Positions 15,737-24,000 of a DNA stretch of 24,000 nucleotides are shown here, piece after piece. Made by a program: the position numbers and the translations under genes. The stretch lies in assembly GCA_022572945.1 (NCBI GenBank), contig JACZUY010000007.1, forward strand, positions 1 through 24,000, in the 5' to 3' direction. How positions within the stretch are numbered: position 1 is the stretch's first letter; each line of letters starts with the position of its first letter. Below the pieces are notes generated by a model. It searched no databases. It was given only the letters and a program-made list of their open reading frames with translations, and was not told the DNA's origin. The stretch is from Pseudomonadota bacterium. Lineage in GTDB: Bacteria; Pseudomonadota; Alphaproteobacteria; JAAXGF01.

Positions 15737-17149
15737 TTGAATTACGTCTCGACGCGGGGCGAGGCCCCGGTTCTCGCCTTCGACGACGCGCTTCTCGCGG
15801 GGCTCGCCCGCGACGGCGGGCTCTACGTGCCCGAGCGCTGGCCGCGGTTCACCGAAGACGAGATCGCCGGCCTCGCGGGGCTCGGTTACGCCGAGCTCGC
15901 GACCCGGGTGATGGCGCCGTTCGTCGGCGACGCGATCGCGCGCGACGACTTCGCCCGCATCGCCGGGGACGCTTACGCCGGCTTCGCCCACCCCGACGTC
16001 GCCCCGCTGCGCCAGATCGGCGAGAACGAATGGCTGCTCGAGCTGTTCCACGGGCCGACGCTGGCGTTCAAGGACTTCGCGTTGCAGCTCGTCGGACGGC
16101 TGTTCGACCACGTGCTCGATCGCCGCGGCGGGCGCGTCACGATCGTCGGCGCGACCTCGGGCGACACCGGCTCGGCGGCGATCGAGGGCTGCCGCGACCG
16201 CGCCAACCTCGACATTTTCGTGCTCCACCCCAAGGGCCGCATCTCCGAGGTGCAGCGCCGGCAGATGACCACCGTTCGGTCCGGGAACGTGCACAATATC
16301 GCCATAGACGGCACCTTCGACGACTGCCAGGCGCTGGTGAAGGCGATGTTCGCCGACGCCCGGTTCCGCGACGAGATGGCGCTCGCGGCGTTCAACTCGA
16401 TCAACTGGGCGCGGGTGGCGGCGCAGACCGTCTATTACTTCGCCGCCGCGCTCGCGCTCGGCGCGCCGGGCCGCGCCGTCGCGTTCTCGGTGCCGACCGG
16501 CAACTTCGGCGACGTCTACGCGGGCTACGCCGCGCACCGCATGGGATTGCCGGTCAGCCGGCTCGTCATCGCCACCAACCGCAACGACATCCTGGCGCGG
16601 TTTCTTGCGAACGGTCGCTACGAGCTGGCCGAGGTGGTCGCGACCCTGAGCCCGAGCATGGACATCCAGGTGGCGAGCAACTTCGAGCGGCTCCTGTTCG
16701 AGCTTTACGACCGCGACGGCGCCAGCGTGCGCCGGCTGATGGAGCGGCTGCGCGCGAAAGGCGGCTTCGCCATCGACGCCGAGCGGCTGGCGGCGGCCCG
16801 CGCGCTGTTCGCCGCCCACCGCCTCGACGACGCGGAAACGCAAGCCGAGATTGCCCGCATCCACCGCGACAGCGGCGTCGTGGTCGACCCCCACACCGCG
16901 ATCGGCGTCGCCGCCGCGCGCGCGTGCCGCGACGATCCGCGCACGCCGACAGTCGCGCTCGCCACCGCGCATCCGGCCAAGTTTCCGCAAGCGGTGGAGC
17001 GCGCCGCCGGCGTCCGCCCAGAGCTGCCCGAGCGGCTCGCCGACCTGTTCGAGCGGCCCGAGCACTGCGAGGACTTGCCAAACGACCTCGACGCCGTGCA
17101 AACTTTTATACGCGAGCACGCCATTATCCGGGGTTATTCGAAAGGCTAG
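15737..17149 (+). CDS. thrC: Threonine synthase
   Basis: MNYVSTRGEAP..F.DALL.GLA.DGGLYVP, the PLP-lysine motif FHGPTLAFKDFALQ, ATSGDTGSAA, and PTGNFG. TTG start at 15737 with a GGAAGGAG RBS 5 nt upstream. Confidence 0.92.
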   Translation: MNYVSTRGEAPVLAFDDALLAGLARDGGLYVPERWPRFTEDEIAGLAGLGYAELATRVMAPFVGDAIARDDFARIAGDAYAGFAHPDVAPLRQIGENEWLLELFHGPTLAFKDFALQLVGRLFDHVLDRRGGRVTIVGATSGDTGSAAIEGCRDRANLDIFVLHPKGRISEVQRRQMTTVRSGNVHNIAIDGTFDDCQALVKAMFADARFRDEMALAAFNSINWARVAAQTVYYFAAALALGAPGRAVAFSVPTGNFGDVYAGYAAHRMGLPVSRLVIATNRNDILARFLANGRYELAEVVATLSPSMDIQVASNFERLLFELYDRDGASVRRLMERLRAKGGFAIDAERLAAARALFAAHRLDDAETQAEIARIHRDSGVVVDPHTAIGVAAARACRDDPRTPTVALATAHPAKFPQAVERAAGVRPELPERLADLFERPEHCEDLPNDLDAVQTFIREHAIIRGYSKG

Positions 17150-17151
17150 GG

Positions 17152-18414
17152 GTGACGGAGATACGGACAACCACGCTCGACAATGGTCTCAGGGTGGTCA
17201 GCGCAGACATGCCCGGGCTCGAGTCCGCGGCGGTTGGAGTGTGGGTCGACGCCGGCGCGCGCTGCGAATCCAGCGACCTCAACGGCGTCTCGCACATGTT
17301 GGAGCACATGGCGTTCAAGGGCACCCGGCGGCGCAGCGCGCTGGCCATCGCCGAGGACATCGAAGCCGTCGGCGGACACCTCAACGCCTATACCTCGCTC
17401 GAGCGGACCGCCTACATCGCGCGGGTGATGAAAGACGACGTGCCGTTGGCGGTCGACATCCTCGCCGACATCCTGCAGCACACGACCATGCCCGAGGACG
17501 AGCTCGCCCGCGAGCGCGAGGTGGTGATCCAGGAGATCGCCCAGGTCCACGACACCCCCGACGACGTCGTCTTCGACCTGTTCCAGGAGACCGCCTATCC
17601 CGACCAGCCGCTGGGGCGCTCGATCCTGGGGACCGCCGAGCGCGTCAGCCGGTTCTCGCGCGACGCGCTGATCGCCTACATGGACGCGCATTACAGCGCC
17701 GAGCGCATGGTCGCGGTCGCCGCCGGCCGCGTCGATCACGAGACCTTCGCCGGCCTCGTCGGCGACGCCTTCGCATCGCTGCCGCGCCGCACGCCGGAAC
17801 CGATCGAGCCCGCCGACTACCGCGGCGGGGATTTGCGCCGCGAGCGCGACCTCGAGCAGGTCCATCTCGTCATCGGGTTCAACGGCGTGTCGTATGACGA
17901 CCCCGAGTTCTTCGCCCAGCAGGTGCTGTCGACCGCGCTCGGCGGGGGCATGTCGTCGCGGCTGTTCCAGGAGGTGCGCGAGAAGCGCGGCCTCGCGTAC
18001 TCGATATTCTCTTTCGCCGCCTCGTACATCGACGGCGGGGTGTTCGGAATTTACGCCGGCGCCGGCGCCGACCGCCTCGACGAGCTGGTTCCGGTGATCT
18101 GCGACGAAGTCGTGAAAATCGCCGCCTCGATCGACGAGGACGAGATCGACCGGGCGCGGGCGCAGCTCAAGTCGTCGCTTCTGATGTCGCTGGAAAGCCC
18201 GTCGGCGCGCTGCGAGCAAATGGCCCGGCACATGTTGATCTACGGCCGGCCGTTGCCGGCGGACGAGATCATCGAGTGCATCGAGGCGGTCGACGCCGCG
18301 GCGTTGACCGGCGCCGCGCGGCGGATGATAGCCAACGGGAAACCCACCGTCGCGGCGCTGGGGCAGGTCGGCGGCATCGAGCCGTACGACAGCATCGCCG
18401 CGCGTTTCGGCTGA
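17152..18414 (+). CDS. M16 family zinc peptidase (pitrilysin / mitochondrial-processing-peptidase-like)
   Basis: GLRVVS..MPG..SAAVGVWVDAGARCE....NGVSHMLEHMAFKGT (HxxEH zinc motif) ...YTS.ERTAY. GTG start at 17152. The listed 794-aa ORF from 16030 is an out-of-frame shadow over thrC upstream of this point. Confidence 0.88.
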   Translation: MTEIRTTTLDNGLRVVSADMPGLESAAVGVWVDAGARCESSDLNGVSHMLEHMAFKGTRRRSALAIAEDIEAVGGHLNAYTSLERTAYIARVMKDDVPLAVDILADILQHTTMPEDELAREREVVIQEIAQVHDTPDDVVFDLFQETAYPDQPLGRSILGTAERVSRFSRDALIAYMDAHYSAERMVAVAAGRVDHETFAGLVGDAFASLPRRTPEPIEPADYRGGDLRRERDLEQVHLVIGFNGVSYDDPEFFAQQVLSTALGGGMSSRLFQEVREKRGLAYSIFSFAASYIDGGVFGIYAGAGADRLDELVPVICDEVVKIAASIDEDEIDRARAQLKSSLLMSLESPSARCEQMARHMLIYGRPLPADEIIECIEAVDAAALTGAARRMIANGKPTVAALGQVGGIEPYDSIAARFG

Positions 18415-18425
18415 GGGGAAAGCGC

Positions 18426-19034
18426 GTGCTCGGATTCCTCAAAAACGACTCCCCTGCCGCCGCCGCCACGCGTCTCACCGGGGAGCGGGTCTACCTGCGG
18501 CCGCCCTGCCCCGGCGATTGGCGCCCGTGGGCCGAGCTGCGCACCGCCTCGCGCGCATTTCTCCAGCCCTGGGAGCCGCGCTGGGCCGATGGCGCGCTCA
18601 CCAGCGCCGCGTTTCGCCGCCGGCTACGCCGGCAGGCGCGCGAGAGCCGCGAGGATACCGGCTACAGCTTTTTCGTCTTCCTCCGCGAAGACGACGTCCA
18701 CGTCGGCGGCGTGAACTTCAGCGAAATCCAACGCGGCGTGGCGATGTCGTGCACGCTGGGCTATTGGATCGGCGCGCGGTACGCGCGCCAGGGCCTGATG
18801 ACCGAGGCCGTGGGGTGCGTTTTGCCGTTCGCGTTCGAGACCCTTGGACTGAATCGCGTCGAGGCCGCGTGCCTGCCGACCAACACCGCGAGCGAACGGC
18901 TGTTGCGAACGCTCGGGTTTCGCCAGGAAGGCTTCGCCCGCGACTATCTGCGCATTAACGGCGAGTGGCGCGATCATCTGCTGTTCGCGATGCGCGCCAG
19001 CGACAATATCAAGCGATCGCGCGGGAAAGGATAA
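18426..19034 (+). CDS. GNAT family N-acetyltransferase (RimJ/RimL-like)
   Basis: ...RVYLRPP...DW..W..LR..S..FL.PWEP..., GYWIGARYARQGLMTEAV..VL.FAFE.LGLNRVEAAC.P.N..S.RLL...GF..EG.ARDYL.ING.W.DH. GTG start at 18426, in frame with the listed ORF. Confidence 0.8.
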   Translation: MLGFLKNDSPAAAATRLTGERVYLRPPCPGDWRPWAELRTASRAFLQPWEPRWADGALTSAAFRRRLRRQARESREDTGYSFFVFLREDDVHVGGVNFSEIQRGVAMSCTLGYWIGARYARQGLMTEAVGCVLPFAFETLGLNRVEAACLPTNTASERLLRTLGFRQEGFARDYLRINGEWRDHLLFAMRASDNIKRSRGKG

Positions 19035-19035
19035 T

Positions 19036-19197
19036 ACGCAATGTCACAAACCTTGTGACATTGCTGCGTTCAAACGCCACGCAGGCCAAACATTACATTG
19101 ACCAAAACCTGGCCGCATACGCGGCGGCCCCCAATTCGTTGCGATCAAAGGGCGCGCGGGCTGCGGATTTCAAACTGACCAATCAATTTGAAATCCG
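19036..19197 (+). repeat. Mosaic intergenic element, copy C (fills the convergent GNAT / yqgE intergenic region)
   Basis: 12-bp perfect hairpin GCAATGTCACAA-acc-TTGTGACATTGC (19038-19064), starting 4 nt after the GNAT stop. Stem CTGCGT..ACGCAG. Hairpin GCCGCatacGCGGC. Core CCCCCAATTCGTTGCGATCAAAGGGCGCGCGGGCTG. Hairpin CGGATTTCAAA-12 nt-TTTGAAATCCG (19164-19197), ending 10 nt before the yqgE stop. Confidence 0.85.
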
Positions 19198-19207
19198 ATA
19201 AGCAGCG

Positions 19208-19774
19208 TCACGCGCGCCCGGCGGTTCCCGACAGCATCGAGAAGTCGACGCCGAGCTTGTTGATCGCCTGCTCCCATTTGGCGTCGAGGTCGAGGCCGAA
19301 AATCAGCTCGTCATCGGCGGGAACGTTCAGCCAGCCGTTGGCGTGGATTTCCGCGTCGAGCTGGCCGGGCGCCCAGCCAGCGTAGCCGAGCGCCAGCAGG
19401 CTGCGCTGCGGGCCGTCGCCGCCGGCGAGCGCGCGCAACACGTCCACCGTCGCGGTCAGCGCAACGCCGTCCCGGATTACCAGCGTCGCTTCGCGCACGT
19501 AATCGTCGGAATGCAACACGAAGCCGCGGCCCGATTCGACGGGGCCGCCGAAATGAACGCGGATCTGCTCGTCGGGGGCGTCGGTGTCGATGTTGAGCTG
19601 GCGCAGGAGATCGGGAAAGGTAACCGAGTCGATGAGCTTGTTGACCACCAGCCCCATTGCGCCTTCGGCGCTGTGGGCGCACAGATAGATCACCGAGCGG
19701 GCGAAGCGCGGGTCGCCCATCTGCGGCATCGCGACCAGCATCTGCCCTTCGAAGTAACCGGCGGTCTCGTCCAT
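19208..19774 (-). CDS. yqgE: YqgE/AlgH family protein (UPF0301)
   Basis: [46 protein letters not shown]...GGPV....GFVLH...[14 protein letters not shown]. The start is taken at the ATG at 19774; the listed upstream extension is not homologous-looking. Confidence 0.85.
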   Translation of the reverse strand: MDETAGYFEGQMLVAMPQMGDPRFARSVIYLCAHSAEGAMGLVVNKLIDSVTFPDLLRQLNIDTDAPDEQIRVHFGGPVESGRGFVLHSDDYVREATLVIRDGVALTATVDVLRALAGGDGPQRSLLALGYAGWAPGQLDAEIHANGWLNVPADDELIFGLDLDAKWEQAINKLGVDFSMLSGTAGRA

Positions 19775-19938
19775 CTGGCTTTCCACGTCCGCGCGGCGGT
19801 GATCGCCCTGCGACTCACGCAAGTATCTCACAGAAGTGACAAACCAAAGGTAAAAAAACCGTTTATATACTACATACGGCGCGTGAATCCGCCGACACGC
19901 GGATGACCCGGCGGGGTCCGCGCCGTGCTGGAGAATTG

Positions 19939-22050
19939 ATGACCGGTTCGGGGACGACATTTTTCGCGCGCTTGGCCGCGTCGGCGCTGCTCGCGGTTCT
20001 CGGGCTCGCGTCGGAGGCGCGGGCGCAGGCGAGCGCGTGGGACCGGACCGAGGTGAGCGAGGCGCGGCTGATCTCGGCGCAGAGCGCGGTCGGCGACGGC
20101 GCGGTTTCGCTCGGCCTGCAGATTCGCCTCGCCCCGACCTGGAAGACGTATTGGCGCACCCCAGGCGAGGCCGGGTTCCCGACCAGCATCGACTGGAGCG
20201 CCTCGACCAACCTCGCCGGGGCCGAGATCGCCTGGCCGGCGCCCGACCGCTTCCTCGAGATCGGCGACCTGGTGACCCACGGCTACACCGACGAGGTGGT
20301 GTTTCCCATCACCGCGCGCGCCGTCGACCCGGATGCGCCGCTGGCCCTGCGCGCGGTCGTCGACTACGCCGCCTGCCAACAGATTTGCTATCGATTTCAA
20401 GCCAACCTGGCGCTCGACCTGCCCGCGGGTCCGGCGTCGCCGACCACGTTCGCCGACCCGATCGCCGAGTTCCTCGCGCGCGTCCCCGGTCCGCCGCGCC
20501 CGGGTGGTCCGGCGATCGAAGCGGTCGAGGTCTCGGGCGCGGGCGCCGACCGGCGCTTGCGCGTCACCGCGCGCGCGCCGGCCGGGTTCGTCCGGCCCGA
20601 CCTGTTCATCGAGGGGCCCGACACAGTGTATGTGGCCGCGCCCGAGCTCGAGCTACGCGCCGGCGCGCGACAGGCGGTGTTTCGCATGGCGGCGCCCCGG
20701 GGGCGCGCGGGCGAGGCGCTCGCCGGCGTGGCGCTGACGCTGACGCTGGTCGACGGCGACGAGGCCGTGGAGCAGACGCTCGCCGTCGTGCCCGGCGCGG
20801 CCGAGACGCCGATGTGGAGCGCGCTCGCGGCGATCCTCGCGGTGGCGTTCGCGGGCGGGCTGATTCTCAACCTCATGCCCTGCGTGCTGCCGGTGCTGTC
20901 GCTCAAGATCATGGGCGTGATCGGCCTGGGCGGCGAGGCGCGGGGCCGAATCGCCGTACGCTTCCTCGCCGCGGCGGCGGGAATCCTGGTTTCGTTCCTG
21001 GTGCTCGCCGCCGGCACCGTCACGCTCAAGGCGGCGGGCATGGCGGTCGGCTGGGGCGTCCAGTTCCAGCAGCCGCTGTTCCTGGTCGCGCTGGTCGTGA
21101 TGCTGACGCTGTTCGCCTGCGCCCTTTGGGACCTGCTCACGATCCCGCTGCCGGCGTGGCTCGGCGGCCTCGGCGCGTCCGAGCGGGGCGCCAAGGGCAT
21201 CGCCGGCCATTTCATCAGCGGCGCCTTCGCCACCGTTCTGGCGACGCCCTGTTCGGCACCGTTCCTCGGCACCGCGGTGGGCTTCGCGCTGGCGCGCGGC
21301 ACGCCCGAGATCTTCGCCGTGTTCACCGCGCTCGGCGTCGGCATGGCGACGCCGTATCTCGTGGTGGCGGCGTTCCCCGGCCTGGCCAGCCGCCTGCCGC
21401 GTCCCGGTCCGTGGATGGTGACGCTGCGCCGCGTGCTCGCGCTTCTCCTGGCGGCGACGGCGGTGTGGCTGCTGACGGTCTTGGCGACCCAGTCGGGCGC
21501 CCCGGCGGCGCTCGCCGTCGGCGCGCTGATGGCCGTCGCGGCCGCGCTCCTGTGGTTCGCTTCGCGCGACATGCTGCGCCTCGCCGCCGCCGCCGGTGGG
21601 CTTGGCGTCGTCTTCGTGCTCGCCTTCGCCACCCCGGGTCAGCTCGGGCGCGCGGCGCTACCGCCCCCGCCCGCCGCCGACGCGTCCATGTGGCGACCGT
21701 TCGACCGCGCGGCGATTCCCGAGCTGATCGCCGCCGGCAAGACCGTGTTCGTCGACGTCACCGCCGATTGGTGCGTCACCTGCCAGTTCAACAAGAAGTT
21801 GGTGCTCGAGCGCGGCGAGGTGGCGCGGCGGCTCGCCGCCGACCATCTGGTGGCGATGCGCGCCGACTGGACCCTGCCCGATGCCGGGATCGCCGCCTAT
21901 CTCGAAGAGTTCGGCCGCTTCGGCATCCCGTTCAACGCGGTCTATGGGCCGGCGCTGCCGCGCGGGCTGGCGCTGCCCGAGCTGTTGACCGAACGCGCCG
22001 TGCTCACGGCGTTCGACCGCGCCGGCCGCATCGTCGCTGCGTCCGACTGA
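19939..22050 (+). CDS. DsbD/ScsB-family thiol:disulfide interchange (protein-disulfide reductase) membrane protein
   Basis: Signal peptide [29 protein letters not shown]. The N-terminal periplasmic domain has YAACQQICY. The central TM core has [13 protein letters not shown] and TPCSAPFLG. The C-terminal thioredoxin fold has [21 protein letters not shown] 5 nt upstream of the ATG at 19939. Confidence 0.85.
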   Translation: MTGSGTTFFARLAASALLAVLGLASEARAQASAWDRTEVSEARLISAQSAVGDGAVSLGLQIRLAPTWKTYWRTPGEAGFPTSIDWSASTNLAGAEIAWPAPDRFLEIGDLVTHGYTDEVVFPITARAVDPDAPLALRAVVDYAACQQICYRFQANLALDLPAGPASPTTFADPIAEFLARVPGPPRPGGPAIEAVEVSGAGADRRLRVTARAPAGFVRPDLFIEGPDTVYVAAPELELRAGARQAVFRMAAPRGRAGEALAGVALTLTLVDGDEAVEQTLAVVPGAAETPMWSALAAILAVAFAGGLILNLMPCVLPVLSLKIMGVIGLGGEARGRIAVRFLAAAAGILVSFLVLAAGTVTLKAAGMAVGWGVQFQQPLFLVALVVMLTLFACALWDLLTIPLPAWLGGLGASERGAKGIAGHFISGAFATVLATPCSAPFLGTAVGFALARGTPEIFAVFTALGVGMATPYLVVAAFPGLASRLPRPGPWMVTLRRVLALLLAATAVWLLTVLATQSGAPAALAVGALMAVAAALLWFASRDMLRLAAAAGGLGVVFVLAFATPGQLGRAALPPPPAADASMWRPFDRAAIPELIAAGKTVFVDVTADWCVTCQFNKKLVLERGEVARRLAADHLVAMRADWTLPDAGIAAYLEEFGRFGIPFNAVYGPALPRGLALPELLTERAVLTAFDRAGRIVAASD

Positions 22051-22144
22051 TGGCGCTCGCGCGGTTGTGGCCTCGCGGCAACAAACGCACTACATTCGGC
22101 GCCAAGGCTCGCAAGGCCCGGCAACCAGTACGGGGGGGGGCGCC

Positions 22145-22627
22145 ATGACCATCAAGGTCGGCGATCGCATACCGTCCGCCACGCTTCGCCGAATGACCGC
22201 CGACGGCCCGGCCGAGATTTCCACCGAGGAGCTGTTCGGCGGCAAGCGCGTCGCGCTTTTCGCGCTTCCCGGCGCGTTCACGCCGACCTGCTCGGCCAAG
22301 CATCTGCCGGGCTTCGTCGCCAACGCCGACGCGCTCAAGGCCAAGGGGGTCGACGCCATCGCCTGCGTGTCGGTCAACGACGCGTTCGTCATGGACGCGT
22401 GGGGCAAGGACCAGAACGTCGGCGATACGGTGATGATGCTCGCCGACGGCAGCGCCGAGTTCACCCGCGCGCTCGGGCTCGAGCTCGACCTCATCGCCCG
22501 CGGCCTCGGCGTGCGCTCGCAGCGTTACTCGATGGTGGTCGAGGACGGCGTCGTCGCGGCGCTGCACGTCGAGGACGGCACCGGCATGAGCGTCAGCGAC
22601 GCCGAAACCCTGCTCGGCGACCTTTAA
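22145..22627 (+). CDS. Peroxiredoxin, Prx5 (type II) subfamily
   Basis: MTIKVGDRIP.ATL...........EELF.GKRVALFALPGAFTPTCSAKHLPGFV...LKAKGVD.IACVSVNDAFVM.AW (peroxidatic Cys in the PGAFTPTCS motif). No signal peptide. Confidence 0.88.
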   Translation: MTIKVGDRIPSATLRRMTADGPAEISTEELFGGKRVALFALPGAFTPTCSAKHLPGFVANADALKAKGVDAIACVSVNDAFVMDAWGKDQNVGDTVMMLADGSAEFTRALGLELDLIARGLGVRSQRYSMVVEDGVVAALHVEDGTGMSVSDAETLLGDL

Positions 22628-22629
22628 TA

Positions 22630-22750
22630 CCATCGGTCATCAAGAATGACCGATGGGCGTTCAATCGGCACGCAGCCTTGACGTAAGCATGAGCGGCGGC
22701 GCGCGGTCGCGCTTGCCAGCGGTCATTATGAGTCAATCATAGTGACCGCT
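22630..22750 (+). repeat. Mosaic intergenic element, copy D (shortened: central core module missing), in the convergent prx / rnhA region
   Basis: 11-bp perfect hairpin CCATCGGTCAT-caaga-ATGACCGATGG (22630-22656), starting 3 nt after the prx stop. Conserved module GCGTTCAATCGGCACGCAG (compare B GCGTTCAATCGCCACGCGG and C GCGTTCAAACGCCACGCAG). GCATGAGCGGCGG (compare GCATAAGCGGCGG in B). 14-bp hairpin AGCGGTCATTATGA-gtcaa-TCATAGTGACCGCT (22718-22750) with one G-T pair. Confidence 0.7.
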
Positions 22751-23227
22751 AGTATATGAGGCCGCCTCCGAGGCGTTCCGGTCGGCGAGGAATTCGGCCA
22801 TGCCGCGGCGGGCGAGCGCGTCGGCGCGCTCGTTGCCGGGATCGCCCGCGTGTCCCTTGACCCAGCGCCACTCCAACGCGTGCGCCGCGAGCGCGGCGTC
22901 GAGCCGCCGCCACAGGTCGACGTTCTTGACCGGCTTCTTTTTCGCGGTCTTCCAGCCGTTCGCCTTCCAGCGCCGGATCCAGTCGGTGATGCCGTCCTTG
23001 ACGTAGACGCTGTCGGTGTAAACGCGGACGCTCGCGGGGCGCTTCAACGACTCGATCGCCGCGATGACCGCGGTCAGCTCCATGCGGTTGTTCGTGGTCT
23101 CGGGTGCGCCCCCCGATATCTCCTTTTGGTGGCCACGATAGCGGAGAACCGCCCCCCAGCCGCCCGGGCCGGGGTTTCCCGAGCACGCCCCGTCGGTATG
23201 GATCTCGACGACCGCCTCCGCGCTCAT
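22733..23227 (-). CDS. rnhA: Ribonuclease HI
   Basis: [30 protein letters not shown].....ISGG...[17 protein letters not shown]......[29 protein letters not shown]......H...W.WVKGHAG..GNE.AD.LA carries the DEDD catalytic motifs. The ATG at 23227 overlaps the thrB stop (ATGA). The listed 390-aa ORF upstream of this point is an out-of-frame shadow of thrB. Confidence 0.9.
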   Translation of the reverse strand: MSAEAVVEIHTDGACSGNPGPGGWGAVLRYRGHQKEISGGAPETTNNRMELTAVIAAIESLKRPASVRVYTDSVYVKDGITDWIRRWKANGWKTAKKKPVKNVDLWRRLDAALAAHALEWRWVKGHAGDPGNERADALARRGMAEFLADRNASEAASYTSGHYD

Positions 23228-24000
23228 GTCAGCCCGTACGCGGCGGGTCCCGACACGCCCTGGTGGAAACGCAGCTTGCCGAGGTATTCGAGCGGGTCCT
23301 TGGGCTTCACCAGCGCGCCGTCGACCCGATTGAGCCAGTCGTAGAGCCGCGTCAGCAGGAAGCGCAGCGCGGCGCCGCGGGCGAGCAGCGGCAGCGCCTC
23401 GAGCTCGTCGTCCGAGAACGGCCGCACGCGCCGGTACGACGACAGCAGCTGATGCGCCTTGGTGACGTTGAACTCGCCGCTGCGCTCGAAGCACCAGGCG
23501 TTCATGCACACCGCGATGTCGTATGCGAAGAAGTCGTTGCACGCGAAGTAGAAGTCGATCAGTCCGGTCAGCCGGAGGCCCTCGAAGAACACGTTGTCGG
23601 GAAACAGATCGGCGTGAATGACCCCCGCCGGAAGATCGCCGGGCCAGTCGGATTCGAGCAACGCGAGCTCGTCGTCGAGCGTCGCGCCGAGCCCGGGACT
23701 CACCGAATCGGCGCGCTCCCGGCAGGCCTCGACCAGCGGCCGCCAGCCGCCGGTCGACAGCGCGTTGCGCCGGCGCGGATCGAAATCGACTCCGGCGAGA
23801 TGCAAGCCGGCCAACGCCGCGCCCAACTGGGTGCAATGCTCGGGCTGGATGCGTCTCGGCCACACGCCCTTGAGAAAGCTGATGATCGCCGCCGGCCGTC
23901 CGCACAGCACGCGTTGCGCCTCGCCGTCGCGACCATGGATCGGCGTCGGGCAGGGCACGCCGCGCGCCGCGAGATGCTCCATCAGGCCGAGAAAGAACGG
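23224..24000 (-). CDS. thrB: Homoserine kinase, type II (ThrB, aminoglycoside-phosphotransferase fold); the N-terminus lies beyond the window end
   Basis: ...[19 protein letters not shown]...DG........[11 protein letters not shown].......HC..LG.ALA.LH.....F...R.N......W......[14 protein letters not shown] (APH-family HxDxxxxN catalytic loop) ...INDFYFAC.D...YD.A. The reading frame stays open to position 24000. Confidence 0.85.
   Translation of the reverse strand, partial: PFFLGLMEHLAARGVPCPTPIHGRDGEAQRVLCGRPAAIISFLKGVWPRRIQPEHCTQLGAALAGLHLAGVDFDPRRRNALSTGGWRPLVEACRERADSVSPGLGATLDDELALLESDWPGDLPAGVIHADLFPDNVFFEGLRLTGLIDFYFACNDFFAYDIAVCMNAWCFERSGEFNVTKAHQLLSSYRRVRPFSDDELEALPLLARGAALRFLLTRLYDWLNRVDGALVKPKDPLEYLGKLRFHQGVSGPAAYGLT

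Noticed and set aside
16030-17151. Upstream 374 codons of the listed 794-aa ORF that would fuse to the M16 peptidase
   Set aside because: This part is an Arg/Pro-rich out-of-frame read through thrC. Peptidase homology begins right at the GTG at 17152, just after the thrC stop.
19820-19938. AT-richer patch and small palindromes (TCACagaaGTGA, ATCCGCcgacaGCGGAT) in the divergent yqgE/dsbD region, considered as a fifth copy of the element or as a regulator site
   Set aside because: It shares none of the conserved element modules. The palindromes are short (4-6 bp) and expected by chance. It is probably just the divergent promoter region.
23228-23905. Upstream part of the listed 390-aa minus-strand ORF ending as RNase HI
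   Set aside because: It is an out-of-frame shadow of thrB. RNase HI homology starts at the Met at 23227, which is ATGA-coupled to the thrB stop.

Overview
High-GC (about 65-70% by eye) chromosomal segment of alphaproteobacterial type. No rRNA, tRNA, CRISPR array, transposase or integrase was seen. It has two parts.

(1) Positions 1-5410 are an accessory, mosaic, broad-spectrum mercury-resistance locus, almost all on the minus strand. Gene order is merR(+) <P3> TVP38/DedA-family gene, then P2 > merT, membrane-anchored HMA protein, merF-like, merP, merB, merF, a truncated merA remnant, then P1 > merA, which runs off the left edge. There are three MerR-type promoters with 19-bp spacers but only one intact merR. 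There is also a displaced merR 3' remnant, and an orphan BrnA-type antitoxin gene sits between the two merR 3' ends.

(2) Positions 5586-24000 are a conserved housekeeping block: tldD; the aa3 cytochrome oxidase cluster ctaC-ctaD-ctaB-ctaG-ctaE-surf1-ctaA; an M32 carboxypeptidase; thrC; an M16 peptidase; a RimJ-like GNAT; yqgE; a dsbD/scsB-like gene; a Prx5-type peroxiredoxin; rnhA; and type-II thrB.

Four copies of an unclassified 120-170 bp mosaic intergenic element are spread across the window. Each has conserved core modules flanked by perfect hairpins whose sequences differ between copies.

The most interesting candidates are the DedA/TVP38 gene under an apparent Hg-responsive promoter, the multi-operator mosaic mer architecture, the brnA insertion bracketed by merR 3'-end repeats, and the covarying intergenic element family. 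All homology calls come from reading the translations by eye; no searches were run.
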